The translations under genes were made by a program, and so were the position numbers. From Negaprion brevirostris (lineage: Eukaryota), in NCBI GenBank assembly GCA_030324005.1, contig JARDVH010000025.1, positions 91,994,641 through 92,058,640 on the forward strand: a stretch of 64,000 nucleotides of DNA, written 5' to 3'. The notes under the pieces are model-generated. The model saw nothing but the letters and a program-made list of their open reading frames with translations, had not been told where the DNA came from and did no database searches. Below, piece by piece: positions 1-11,651 of the stretch; the first letter of the stretch is position 1; each line of letters begins with the position of its first letter.

Positions 1-567
1 ATTGTTATATGGAGTTAATAATTAGAGACTTATCAGGTTGTACAACTGGAGCTGCTACTCGAAGCATTGCAATCCTGGTGAGGATCGATATCCAGACATC
101 TCTGTTCCTGAGGCATTGGCAGAGATGGCCAGAGGCAAACTGCTACTTGTCCAGTAATCTGTTACCAGTGTTCACATGATTTCACATTTAAGCTGTACGT
201 TAAGTTGCCAGAACAAACATATAGCCCATAATTAGTAACCTGGTGTGCAAAGGTGGGGTGGCAGAGATCAAATAAAAACAAAATTAAAATGGTACACTGC
301 TATAATTCAAAGTGCTTCTTCCTGGAGCAATGGGATACAGCTGAAGTGGGGCCATATGATTTTCCAGCATATACGATATGAGCAGCATATCTTAGAAAGC
401 TCCTCTATCCGTCTTAATATATTTGAAACTTTACAAATTCGAGATGTCTTATCACTGTGGGAGCTTTGTGCCTGCTCTCAATATTCCTTGATTTGACGGA
501 TGCCTACCCAGTTATCAGAAAAGATGGAGTAGAGGAAGAACTGATCCTGGAGTTTTGTTTTAATTCT

Positions 568-928
568 TTCATGGGCGTTGCCGGCCAGGCCAGCATTTAT
601 TATCCATCTCTAATTGTCCTTGAGCTGAGTGGCTTGCATTTTGGAGGGCATTTTAACAGTCAACCACATTGCTGTGGATTTGGAATCATATGTAGGCCAG
701 GCCAAGTAAGGACAGCAGATTTCCTTCCCTAAAAGAAATTAGTGAACTAGATGGGTTTTTATAACAATCAGCAATGCTTTCATGATCATCATTGGACTTT
801 TAATTCCAGATTTCTTTCGTCAAATTCAAATTCCACCAACTATTGTGTTGGGATTCACACCCACAGCATAGCCTTGAGTTTCTGGATAATTAGTCCAGTG
901 ACAATATTCCTATGCCATTGCCTAGCCC
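568..928 (-). mobile_element. tRNA-derived SINE, Deu-domain/SacSINE1-like
   Basis: Minus strand has a tRNA-like head (gtcactggacta..atccaga..gggtgtgaatccc), a central ctagttcactaat..ttagggaaggaaatctgc block, and the tail ggataataaatgctggcctggcc shared with local CR1 3' ends. Related copies at 11075, 21470 and 32785. Confidence 0.7.
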
Positions 929-1624
929 TAAAGTATACAACAGTGTTTTACAAGATTTACTATTAAACTGATTACAATTAAATGTATCTATATAATTAAT
1001 TTTGTGAGCTGCCTTAAAGAATGGTCAACATTTTAATTATTTTCAGTATCTCTTTGCCCAACACCTTGTAAAGCCTTAAATCTGGGTGGTCCCAATTTAT
1101 CAAATTAGATATTTTCTCCAATTGATATATGAGTGGTTAACCTTATATTATGATTTAATCCTAAAGTACTCTGTCCAATATAATATTCCATGTTTTAATT
1201 GTAATAATTCTGTACATGCACTTCACAAGAATGCATTTATAGCCTGGTAGCACATGGAAGGAACCAACAGGACATGAGTAATGCTTTTAATAATCTGTTA
1301 GCTGATAGCAAAGTGGGCTTATTGGGCGATATGCGTGTTCCCAAATTCTCCCAAAAAAATTCTAAGAATTCATGTACAAACTGGATTCATTCACACTGTC
1401 TTTTTCAGCAGGAGTTCAGAAAAGAATCTTCCACACACACTCTGTGCACTGCAGAGGCCATCAGCATGGATATCAGTAAATTTCAGGAGACGGGGCTGAT
1501 TGCCACTGGAGAGGCTAGAAACCAGCACGCTGAGCGGGCTACTGCGCACGTGCCTGTCAGTGCTGAGATCGGCACATAGGCAGTGGCCCTGTATTGATGG
1601 CCTCTCACAACCCCCTCAATGCTG

Positions 1625-1778
1625 GAGTTAGGTTGGTTGGCCATGCTAAATTGACCCTAATGTCAGGGGGTTAGCAGGGTGAATATGCGCTGTTGCGGGA
1701 AACAGGCCCTGGGTGGAATTGGGGTCAGTGCAGACTTGATGGGCCAAATGGCTTCCTCCTGCACGATAGAGATTCTAT
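1625..1778 (+). mobile_element. HE1/V-SINE, 3' half
   Basis: gttaggttggttggccatgctaaattgaccc ... gatgggccaaatggcttcctcctgcac..gattctat. Confidence 0.75.
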
Positions 1779-2544
1779 AAAATTCCCGCTGTGGCCCGAT
1801 CACTGGCCCCCAACCATTCTCCGGCCCAACCCTGACTCCAGCCCCAACTCCCCCTCATCCTCCTCCCAGTTTGCCGTGATCTCCAGCATGCCCCACTTTG
1901 ATTCCCACTGCCTCCCAGACAGTAAACCCCCTGCCACAGTGCCGACCCCACCCCATCAGGCTGACTGTCCCCTCAGCTTTCCCTCCTCCCCAACCCCCAG
2001 CCCATCCCAATCGCTGGTTTCCACACTGATCCCTGTACAAAGTGGCAGCGGGACCCCCGCCCCCCCAATCCTACTGATGGGCCCTAGGCCCTGCCCTACA
2101 TCATGTTCCCACATCCCTAAATCCACCTCACATCATGCCCCACCCCTAGGCCCCATCCACTTGGCATTGCCTCATTCCCAATGAGCAGTGCCAATGTGCC
2201 TTCTGGGATTGGCATCTTGCCCTTGGGCAGTGCCAAGAGCACAGACTGGCACTACCAGGATGACATCCCCTGCCACCCAGCCCTCTGGGGAATGGGCTCC
2301 AATTGCCCTCCCTTCAATTCCAGCGGGATTGGTTTCCTCAAAAGTGGGGAGCCATTGTAATCCCCGCTGGAGTGAAATACTCTGGCAGGGTGGGAGATGC
2401 TAGTGGGTCCAGAGACCTAAGTCCTGGACCCGCTAATCATATACAAATTATACTAAAATGACCACGTAAATGGATTTTGCACCTCCCTGCCAATTTCTCA
2501 AGCGGAGAAGACGCAAATAGAATTTCAGAATTTTTATAGAATTT

Positions 2545-2842
2545 TATAGAATCCCTACTGTGCGGAAGGAGGCCATTTGGTCTGTCAAGTCTGCATCGAC
2601 CATGATTCCACACAGGCCCTACTCCTGCAACTCCACATATTCATCCTGCCATGAGGGTCAATTTAGCATGGCCAACCAATCTAACCCACACATCTTTGGT
2701 CTGTGGGAGGAAACAGGAGCACCCGGAGGAAACCCACACAGACATGGGGAGAATGTGCAAACTTCACAGACAGTGATCTGAAGTCGGAATTAAACCCAGG
2801 TTCCTGGCACTTTGGGGCAGCAGTGCTAACCACAGTGCCACC
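2545..2842 (-). mobile_element. HE1/V-SINE, near full length
   Basis: Minus strand: gtggcactgtggttagcactgctgccc A-box, gggtttaattcc B-box, V-domain gggtttcctccgggtgctcc, and CR1-type tail (agaatcccta on plus). Confidence 0.85.
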
Positions 2843-3424
2843 TCTTGCAAACCCCATGAATTGGCCGACATGAGAAGCTCCGAGCCCACTGCGCTGATTT
2901 TTTAGTGCAACAGGATGGGAGAATCACAGCCACTGTTTCCATATGGCAGAGATTAACATAGATCACCAGAAGCTGATTAAGACCTATTTAACTGAGGTTC
3001 ACACTTCTAAGTGTTCTGTAAATTATGATTTATTGGGAGTCTAAATAGATATTGCAAACAAAACACTTTTTATCCAAATAACCTGCCTCATAGCTGCCAC
3101 CCATCCATGAAACATAACTGTGTATAAATGTGTTTAAAATCTCCTGTCACAATGAAGTGCTCATTAATTGATTTCACCGCAATGAAATAAAACTTTCTAA
3201 CTCATATTGCTTACAGTAGATAAATCCAATAGACTACATTAGAAACAAGCTCAACAATACAAATAAATCAAAGCACGCCACACAGTATATCAAAAATGAA
3301 CAAAAATGATTGGGAGTAAATAAACCTACTGGGGTATAAAGACCACATCAAAACCCAGGAAAATAGTCACTCATTTTCCCAGCATTTCCAAGTCAGGAGA
3401 TGAGATGTGATTTTTTTTAAAAAT

Positions 3425-3725
3425 ATTTGTGCTCCATGGGCATTGCTGGCTGGCCAGCATTTATTACCCATCCCTAGTTACCCTTGAGAAGGTGATAGTG
3501 AGATACCTACTTGAAATGTTGCAGTCCTCTCACTAATGGCAGTGACTCACAATGCCGTAAGGGAAGGAATTCTAGGATTTTGACCAGCGACTATGAAGGA
3601 ACAGCGATAAATTCCCAAGTCAGGATGGTGAGTGGCTTGGAGGGGAACTTGCTCCCATACCTCTGTTGCCCATGTCCTTCTAACTGGAATGGGTCATGGG
3701 TTTGGGAGATGCTGTCTAAGAAATT
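3425..3725 (-). mobile_element. CR1-clade LINE 3' fragment
   Basis: ggccagcatttattacccatccctagttacccttgagaaggtg matches the 3' end of the long LINE at 36262-39340. Confidence 0.7.
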
Positions 3726-4499
3726 GCAAGCCGCCAAGAGATGCAGTAGTACAAATCAGTGGTAAGAGGGAAGAGCCTTCTCGTTTACTGGTCCCAATTT
3801 TAACATATCCTAGGACAGAAATGGTATTATTCATTTGAACCCTGAAACATGCAACAAACTCCGGAAATCCCGAGATAATGCTGATCTTGAACCTAATTCC
3901 CATAAAACTCATCAGAATCCAGCTTAAAAACCATATAGGTTTACTAGCCGGCCAGCAAACAAAAGCAGAGGATCACAGTCAAGAACGGTAGAAATCACTG
4001 AAAGAGGGAGATCGAATTAGCACTGATTACTTCTCACAGTGTTCACTGACAAAATCAAGCTGAAGCCTGGAATCTATTGAGATGCTTACAGGGGAAAAAC
4101 AGAAAACTCAAAGCAGAGAATCTGTCCAAAACACTACTTGCAATAATGGTTCACTGATCTTAAAGGTTTTGTAAAGGTGCCCTACCAGGTCAAACCTGTG
4201 TGTGGAACCTTTTAGCATTAAAATAGGTTAGATATTTAATTATTGCATATAATGCCAAACACTAACATCTCCCGTGCTTACAAGAGCTGGCAAGCATAGC
4301 AGGTTGTAAAACTATTCATATGGTGACAGAGATGACATGCAAGAAGTATTGCTCTTACAGAAGACAGTTAATGGAACTGAGAACAAGAATTCATAGTGTA
4401 TGCTCTAAGTTAATTAATTCCTAAAAGTGCTTTTCTCTTGAGTGTAACAATTAATATTATTTAATAAAGAAATGAAAATTTAGGCAATAGCCAGCCCCA

Positions 4500-6330
4500 T
4501 GAAAATTTGTCTGATCTGTTCTGGGGAAGTCATGGAGGGTGAGGGTTGGGAAAGCTGCTCAGGGCCCTCATCCTCCTCCTCAGCCTCATCAGCCCTGGGT
4601 AGGCATTCAGGCAGCCTAGGGAAAGTCCACTGTTGGGGCATAGCCGGCAACCCAACCAGCTACTGTTGCTCCTGTTGTGATTATGCAGCTCCTCGTGTAC
4701 TTTAAGAATGTGGTTGCACTAGAAAGGGTGTAGACGAGATTCCCCAGGATGTTGCCCAGGCTGGAGAGTTTCAGCTATGAAGAGAGGCTAGTTAGGCTGA
4801 GGTTGTTCTCCTTAGAGCTGAGAAGACTGAAGTTTGGTGGGGAGGGGAGGGGAGAAGGGATGATTGACACGTACAAAATTATGAAGGACATGGTTAGGAA
4901 GAAATCTTTCCCCTCAGCAGAGAGGTCAATAATCAGGGGGCATAAATTTAAGGTCAGGGCAGGAGACTTAGAGGGGATGTAAGGAGAGTGGTGGGAATCT
5001 GTGACTCGTTGCCTGAAATGGTGGTAGAGGTGGGAATGCTCACATCATTTAAGAAGCTTTTAGATGAAGCTAAAAACAGCATGGTATACAAGGCTACGGA
5101 CCAAGTGCTGGAAAATGCAATTAGAATAAATAGGTGTTTGATGATCGGCATGGAGACGGTGGGCTGAAGGACCTCTTTCTGTGCTGTCTGGTTCTATGAA
5201 ATCAATGCACATGTTATGAATGTGTTGGTCCAGGCTATTGAGTGTGCCTTGTGCAGAATCTTTTGCTGCTCATGCATGGACTCATATTGACAGAATCCCC
5301 ATGGGACTGGCCATTCTCTCCTGACAAGGATTCATGCATTCAAGCACCTGGCCAGTCCAATGGTAGTGGGTTATTGTTGATATTTGCTTACAAAGTCAAG
5401 CCCCTGAGATATGAATGAGCTCACCCCTGCCAGAGATACTCCACACACAGCATGAGCTTGCATTGCCTCCATGATCTCTGCCAGATGTCCACCCATCTAC
5501 AGTACTGTTCCAAAAGCTGAGCCCCAAACACTGACTCCTTGGGCAGCTGGAGCATCAATGTGACTTCTCTCCTTCACCCAAGGGGAGCTGTCCATGAATA
5601 CCTCTTACGTTGACACCTCCTCTTCCACTCTAGTGTTGTGTGCCTCACTCAGTGACCCCAACTCTAATTGTACACGAGAACGCACCAATATGCAAGTATC
5701 TGTGGTGAGGGATGGAGCACTCGTCGGATGTGATGTTGCACCCTCGGACATCTCTTGTGCCTCCTGATGCCTGAGGAAGGACCCAGCTCATGGATGTGGT
5801 CGCAGGCCTCTGGTACCTGTGTGAGACACAAGAGATGGTAAAGAGATTTAAGCTTTGTCATCCGGTTGGCTATCACCATCCACACCGGTGCTCAGCATTT
5901 AATGATGTGATGCTCGCCACAAGACCATTCCCTCCAGTCATACTTGCATACACCTCCCATTGGCCCCCAATCCACATCCTCCTCTTGTCATCTTCAGTAG
6001 ACTCTCCCCCCACCTCCCCACCCCAGCACTTAACACCATTATCCTCACGAATGAAAACATGTTGTTGTATGACTTGTCCACAACTAATTGCACCTGGAAT
6101 CAGAGATTCTCCGTCTCCAAAGTGCATGTGCCCTGTAACTTCTTAATGACCAGGAGGAGAAAGACTGCTTTCCCAGATCCCTCATGGTCAATTTGGCTGC
6201 CTCCAGCCCTTAAAACCATAGGCCTTTCCTCAACTTTTATTGAGTTTGAAGAGACCCATGATCTCCAGAGTTTGGGTCTCAGGTCTCATTAAAACCGAGG
6301 TGGCCTGGTGACTTTAGCTGATGTTGTGGT
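4500..6330. mobile_element. Highly decayed Harbinger-like transposon relic, interrupted by a CR1
   Basis: Composition and motifs resemble the other Harbinger relics in the window. No intact domain is readable. Confidence 0.3.
4705..5197 (+). mobile_element. CR1 LINE (HER1-like) ORF2 C-terminus and 3' tail
   Basis: MLPRLESFSYEERLVRLRLFSLELRRL..MIDTYKIMK..GHKFKV is a CR1 ORF2 C-terminal signature. Tail gggctgaaggacctctttctgtgctg. Confidence 0.9.
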
Positions 6331-8329
6331 ATTTACCAGCTTTTGGAGTATGCAGAGGAGTTTAATTGGCCTCCTGCCTGATTGGGTTTCATAATACATT
6401 TAAAGAACAATTATTAGTTCAGTGAATAGGTTTCAATTTATGGAGAATTAGATCCGCTAACGGAAGCCTAGGGCTGAAAATTCATACCCTTTACCCAAGA
6501 TCGCAGTACGCTGGATGGGTTGCCTTCCCTTGGGGATTGTGGAGGACCTTGTGAGATATACAACTTCTAGCTATTCAATAAGATGCAGTGACATAGAAGA
6601 CGGTGGGATGCAAATTTCTAGGACTGAGATCTGCTGGGTGCAAATTAAATAGTCAGTATACAGGGTCAAATCAGGCCTGCAGCCTTCCAACAGGTGACGT
6701 GGCTTGGATTGCGAAAAGCCTTTTCAGGAAGTAATGATTCTTTTAGCCTCTTTATAAAGGAGACTGATGGGCAGGTAGAAGTATTCTTCATGGAAACACA
6801 ACACTTTCTAAACTCACAATCCAAAAACAGACAGATATCTACCAAGATTCTCAGCCTGCTAGACAAGCACAAGATGCTCCCCTGGAGATGTAAGGACTTG
6901 CCATTGTCATGTAAATGCAAGGATTACCCTCTGATTCTGGGAATAACAAGGTCAGAAACATAAGGTCCTGGGTGGGCATGCTCCAATGCATATGATACCA
7001 ACAATATAGACGTTTGCCCCCCACCACCTTTTCCTTCACTGAACAAATTAAAAAGGTTGGTTGAAAACCTGAACTGTAATACCTCGTACCATCCCAAAAA
7101 TGGAAACTGACCACCTATTCCTAGTTACATATGGCGGAGGAGGGGATGGTAACACAGAAACGCTTAGATCGGAGGCTATGTTACAGTAGGCAATAACTGT
7201 AATACATCAATGTTGTCATGCCTCAGGAAAAGGAGGTCTTTGGTTTTCCCACAGGAAATCAGCCGATCAGGAACAGCAACCATCATGCAACTGTAACAAA
7301 GATTCTCAAACAATTTCCAAACCTCATTTATTGCTTTGTTGTGAAGGACACAGTTTTGCATACTTAATTCAACAGAGAATCCACCACAGAAAGATTTGAG
7401 AGGCTTAATTGATCTGTAAATTCATGTGACTTATAACTAACATTATGCTATTCAAAAATTAATCAAATCTAAAGGTTCTAATTCAAATCAGCCCTGACAG
7501 AAACATTGCTAGGCAAGGAAGTGTTCACTGATGCTTTGTTTTGTCTGTATTTCTGCAATCTCTAAGACACTGGAGTGTACAACAAAAGCCTTCTCGTTAT
7601 TCACAAAGTTCATTAAACTGTGACAAAGAAGAAGGTTACACTGATTAGATATTTGAAACGTAATACTTTATTCTTTTCAATGTAATCAATTTAATTCATC
7701 TCCCGAGAGTGTAATTTTTTTTTTGCAAACGCAATTATATTAAACAGTTAGCCTGCTGATTAGGCAAAAACAGAAATAATTAATCAGAAAATTACAAAAA
7801 AGAATTAATCACCACCATACATAGTGAAAACTTATTCTCGTCTGTTATACAATAATGAAAATTCTACTAACAAATATATTAGCCAAGGTGCATCAGAAGT
7901 ACACAAACTGCTTGATTTTTTAAAAAAATATTAATATATTTAAAATAATCATATTGAAAGCTGCAACTTCATCTAAATGCACATCGATGGCTTTACAGGA
8001 TGATTGCCCACCAATGCTGAAAATGTCTCTTCAAGATGTTACTTTGCTTTTCGTTCACAGACTTCTTTATAGAATGTTTAATCCTACAAATAAACAAAGC
8101 AAGAACTATTACGGGAATGTAGTTCTGTACCATTAGAAGCCATAATTGTGCCTCCACACAGGGCCAGGAAGAGAAACCATGGGCCCTAGCGCTTCTCCTG
8201 TTTCCAGACCCCTTTCCACTTGTTGAATATTATTAATTTGACAGGAAACTATCCTATTGACGATTTATAATGTTGTGCAGATGATTACACTGTCTCATTA
8301 ATATGTCCTATACATTGCAATATACATAA

Positions 8330-8460
8330 AGCAATACAACATGGAGACAGGCCCAATCGGTCCATTGTGTCCTCCCAGATAGTCCCAATTGCCCGCCTTT
8401 GGCCCATATCGCTCTCATCCTTTCCCATCCAAGTACTTATCCAAATGCTGCCATTGTATC
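8330..8460 (-). mobile_element. CR1 3' tail fragment
   Basis: acatggagacaggcccaatcggtccattgtgtcc..cccaattgcccgcctttggcccatatc is the reverse complement of a CR1 3' UTR. Confidence 0.6.
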
Positions 8461-8479
8461 GTGACAGTAAATTCACAAA

Positions 8480-8570
8480 ATATTGAGATGCTGGAAATAC
8501 TCAGCATATCAGGCAACATCTTTGATGAGGTACAGAGTTAAAGTTTCTTGTTGATGACATTCATCAGAAC
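8480..8570 (-). mobile_element. Short Penelope-associated repeat (family 2) with decayed hammerhead motif
   Basis: gatgctggaaatactcagc..tcaggcaacatc..gttaaagtttc..tcatcagaac. Minus strand reads gtt-CTGATGA..GAAA-ct-tt-aac. Similar to 44270 and 52563. Confidence 0.6.
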
Positions 8571-9034
8571 AGTAAAATGTATACTTTGGAGTAAGATTCA
8601 ACACTTGCAACTCAGATTTAACGAAAGCCATCAGATTTTGTTTATCTGTGCTGCATCAGAACAAAGGATCACTTCCATGCTGCAGCTCAGTGTTTTGTTG
8701 GAGAGTTGTAGAAGGAAAATAGAGAAGGAGCGCAGGAGAGGAGGGAAGGAGAGGGGATGGTCCCATTCATTTGTTTCTGCCTGAGCTCCCTCTTCCCTCC
8801 AATGAAGCAACTCACTCCCTTACCTCTCCCTACTAGACCTGCTATATGGCTGATGGCATTAGAGAGAGCTTCCCCCTCACAGCTCCCCATCTCACAGGGA
8901 CCAGGAACAGTAAGAAGTCTCACAACAACAGGTTAAAGTCCAACAGATTTAATTGGTAGCATGAGCTTTTGGAGTGCTGCCCCTTTGTTAGGTGAGTGGA
9001 GAGTTGGGTTCATGAACAGGTATATATAGACAGA

Positions 9035-9148
9035 AGGCGGAATTTTACCAACATGTCTGCCCAAGTTTCACACGATCCTGCCCAAAGCCAATGGAGAATG
9101 CCATTCTGCAAGCTGAGCCCGCCTCCTGGTAAAGTTAAAACTCCGCCC
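9035..9148. mobile_element. Harbinger-type MITE nested in the Penelope left arm
   Basis: TIRs ggcggaattttac and gttaaaactccgcc. Absent from the mirrored right arm. Confidence 0.75.
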
Positions 9149-9385
9149 ACAGACTCAATTACAAGATAATGGTTAGAATGCGAATCTTAATAGGTAATAA
9201 CCATCTTTGTAGAAACTTGATGTCTGTGTTGATATGCGCGGTCTTTTTGGAGATCCTCACCACTTTGAGCCGACAGTTTGCTGTGTCAGTGGAGCCATGA
9301 TGTGGAGATGCTGGCATTGAAATGGGGTAAGCACAGTAAGGTGTCTCATAACACCAGGTTAAAGTCCAACAGGTTTATCTGATAG

Positions 9386-9420
9386 CATGAGCTTTTGGAG
9401 CGTTGCTCCTTCATCAGGTG
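9386..9420 (-). ncRNA. Minimal type I hammerhead ribozyme motif, G12 mutated
   Basis: Minus strand: cac-CTGATGA-a-ggag-caacg-ctcc-AAAA-gc-TC-atg. Stem II is perfect; GAAA has become AAAA. Confidence 0.65.
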
Positions 9421-9708
9421 AGTGGAGAATNNNNNNNNNNNNNNNNNNNNNNNNNNNNNNNNNNNNNNNNNNNNNNNNNNNNNNNNNNNNNNNNNNNNNN
9501 NNNNNNNNNNNNNNNNCCACATCATGGCTACCACCAACATGCATACTGCCGGCTCAAAGTGGAGAGGATCTCCAAGAAGATCGCGCGTATTGACACAGAC
9601 ATCAAGTTTCTACAAAGATGATTACCTATTAAGACTCACATTCCAACCATTACCTTACAGTTGCATTTGTGCCTAAATATGCCCTCTTTGGAAACCCAAC
9701 TCTCCACT

Positions 9709-9743
9709 CACCTGATGAAGGGGCAGTTCTCCGAAAGCTCCTG
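9709..9743 (+). ncRNA. Minimal type I hammerhead ribozyme motif, core intact
   Basis: cac-CTGATGA(9712-9718)-a-gggg-cagtt-ctcc-GAAA(9733-9736)-gc-TC-ctg. Stem III is the palindrome AGCU. One mismatch in stem I. Confidence 0.7.
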
Positions 9744-9854
9744 CTACCAAATAAACCTCTTGTACTTTAACCTAGTGCGGAGAGACTTCTTACTGTGCCC
9801 ACCCCAGTCCAATGCCGGCATCTCCACACCACGGGACCAGGAAGTTAGTGGATT

Positions 9855-10485
9855 GGCTCCCAGCAGCAGAGGGCCAGGCAGTGACCATCTCTAACAAGAG
9901 GGAATCTAACCATCTCCTCTTGATACTCAATGGCATTAACATTACTAGTGGGGAAGTCAGCAACATCCTGGAGATTACCACTGAACAGAAACTGAACTCG
10001 GCTAGCCACAAATACTGTGGTGACAAGAGCAGGTCAGAGACTGGGAATTCTGCACTAAATACCTTATCTCCTGAATTCCCAAAGCCTGTTCACCACCTAT
10101 AAGGCATTAGTCAGGAGTGTGATGGAATACCCTTCACTTATCTGAAGCTCCAAAAACACTCAAGAGGCTCGACAACATTCAGGACAAAGCAGCCCACTTG
10201 ATTGGCATCCCATCTATCACCTTACACATTCACTCCCTCCACCAGTGACGCACAGTGGTATCAGTGTGTACCATCTACAATATGCACAGCAACAATTCAC
10301 CAATAGTCCTCTGATGGCATCAACCAAAACTGTGATCTTTGACACCTGTAAGACACATGAGAACCCCAGCAAGTCATCTCCAAGCTACACAGCATCCTAT
10401 CTTGGAACTATCTTGCCACTCCTTCACTATCATTGGGTCAAAGTCCTGAGACTCCCTGCCTAACAACACTGTGGGTGCACTTTCA
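9855..10485 (+). mobile_element. CR1-clade LINE fragment, ORF2 3' region
   Basis: ISNKRESNHLLLILNGINIT..VNILEITTEQKLN followed by gtcaggagtgtgatggaatac. Same family as 36262-39340. Confidence 0.8.
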
Positions 10486-10486
10486 C

Positions 10487-10616
10487 AGTGTAGAGATACC
10501 AGTGTTGGACTGGGGTAAACACAGCAAGAAGTCTCACAACACCACGTTAAAGTCCAACCAGTTTATTTGATAGTAATCCCACTAGCTTTCCGCACCATTC
10601 ACACACCTGACGAAGG
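10487..10616. mobile_element. Penelope pseudo-LTR fragment with head-to-head hammerhead halves
   Basis: ggactggggtaaacacagcaagaagtctcacaacaccacgttaaagtccaac. Minus-strand GAAAGCTAGTG at 10580-10590, then plus-strand cacCTGACGAagg at 10604-10616, running into a gap. Confidence 0.7.
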
Positions 10617-10716
10617 NNNNNNNNNNNNNNNNNNNNNNNNNNNNNNNNNNNNNNNNNNNNNNNNNNNNNNNNNNNNNNNNNNNNNNNNNNNNNNNNNNNN
10701 NNNNNNNNNNNNNNNN

Positions 10717-10786
10717 GTTTGGAGGTGGGTTTGGAGGTGGGTTTGGAGGTGGGTTTGAAGGTGGGTTTGAAGGTGGATTTGGAGGG
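10717..10786. repeat. 12-bp tandem repeat (GTTTGGAGGTGG)n
   Basis: About 5.5 visible units next to an N gap. Confidence 0.9.
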
Positions 10787-10803
10787 TGAGAATATTTGTT
10801 CTT

Positions 10804-11623
10804 GTGGTGAGAGGCGTGTGACCCCTATGAACAACTTCTACGAACTGTCCTCTGACATTCTAGCGTCGCTGTATGAATTCAGTTGTTGCCCAGAGAGGAT
10901 AAAAGCAACAGCTGTAAAATAAAGAGTTAATAGTTATAGTAGTGAGATAATGATGTGTATCATGATGGAACAGTGGCCACCATGTGCAAGAGAAGGGAAA
11001 ATGAAATTGTCTCAGCAAGAGAGATGCCTAGAATGTACTACAGTGTAAATAAAGGAGTTTTTGAAGAAATTTCTATCCATTTGTGGACATGGGTGTCTCC
11101 AGCTGGCCAGCATTTATTGCTCATCCCTCATTGCACTTGAAATTGAGTGACTTACTAGGCCATTTTGGAGTGTTGTTGACAGTCAACTACATTGCTATGG
11201 CTCTGGAGTCATATGTAGGCCAGACCAAGTAAGGACAGCAGATTTTCTTTCCTAAGGATACTAGTGAACCAGGTGGGTTTTCCTGGCAATGGCTTCATGG
11301 TCGTCAGTAGATTCTTAATTTGAATTAAATAAAAGCATTATCTGGAATTACTGAATGCAAATTTCTGCCTTGGCAGGATTCGAATCCAGGACCCAGAACA
11401 TTAGCTGTGTTTCTGGATTATTAGTTTAATGATAATACCAATAGGCCATCGCCTCGTCTAAAAATAAATATACTGGGGTTAGACCCAAGTTACTCGTAAC
11501 TAGTGGGAAACCTTCCCAATCCCAGAACAACTCTCAAATTATCTGAGGAGAGATTCAAATAATATCTAAAGTGGAAACCAAACCATAAACCATGGTGGCA
11601 GCAGCAGTGACACCAATCTAACA
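10804..11623 (+). mobile_element. LTR-like repeat copy A, interrupted by a SINE
   Basis: Blocks at 10920-11057 and 11495-11590 align with 13170-13280 and 13845-13985. Contains an aataaa signal; TG..CA ends are plausible. Confidence 0.4.
11075..11455 (-). mobile_element. tRNA-derived SINE, Deu-domain/SacSINE1-like
   Basis: Collinear with 568-928. B-box ggattcgaatcc. Confidence 0.7.
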
Positions 11624-11651
11624 ATGATCTGAAGCAATCAACAGAACACCC

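Larger units (their letters stand above)
1323..2932. mobile_element. Non-autonomous Harbinger-type DNA transposon (GC-rich interior) with two nested V-SINEs
   Basis: Termini gggc..aaattctccc and gggagaatcacagcc. Internal ggcagtgcc/ggcactgcc motifs. Resembles 11652-12496 in reverse and the start of the 57880 element. Confidence 0.55.
8908..9832. mobile_element. Palindromic non-autonomous Penelope-like retroelement with 11-bp TSD
   Basis: Pseudo-LTR copies at ~8908-9010 and ~9300-9430, plus an inverted copy at ~9700-9830. The ORF start RLKVERISKKIARIDTDIKFLQR is at ~9550-9620 and inverted at ~9200-9300. GGGACCAGGAA flanks it at 8897-8907 and 9833-9843. Confidence 0.8.

Noticed and set aside
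1-550. Possible terminal exon of the minus-strand gene
   Set aside because: All frames close quickly and the splice sites are weak; cannot be supported.
1693-2184. 163-aa Pro/Ser-rich ORF
   Set aside because: It spans a SINE tail and the C-rich interior of a non-autonomous transposon; no domain is recognisable.
10717-10786. Regular repeat considered as a CRISPR or telomeric array
   Set aside because: There are no spacers and it is not TTAGGG. It is a simple 12-bp minisatellite in vertebrate DNA.
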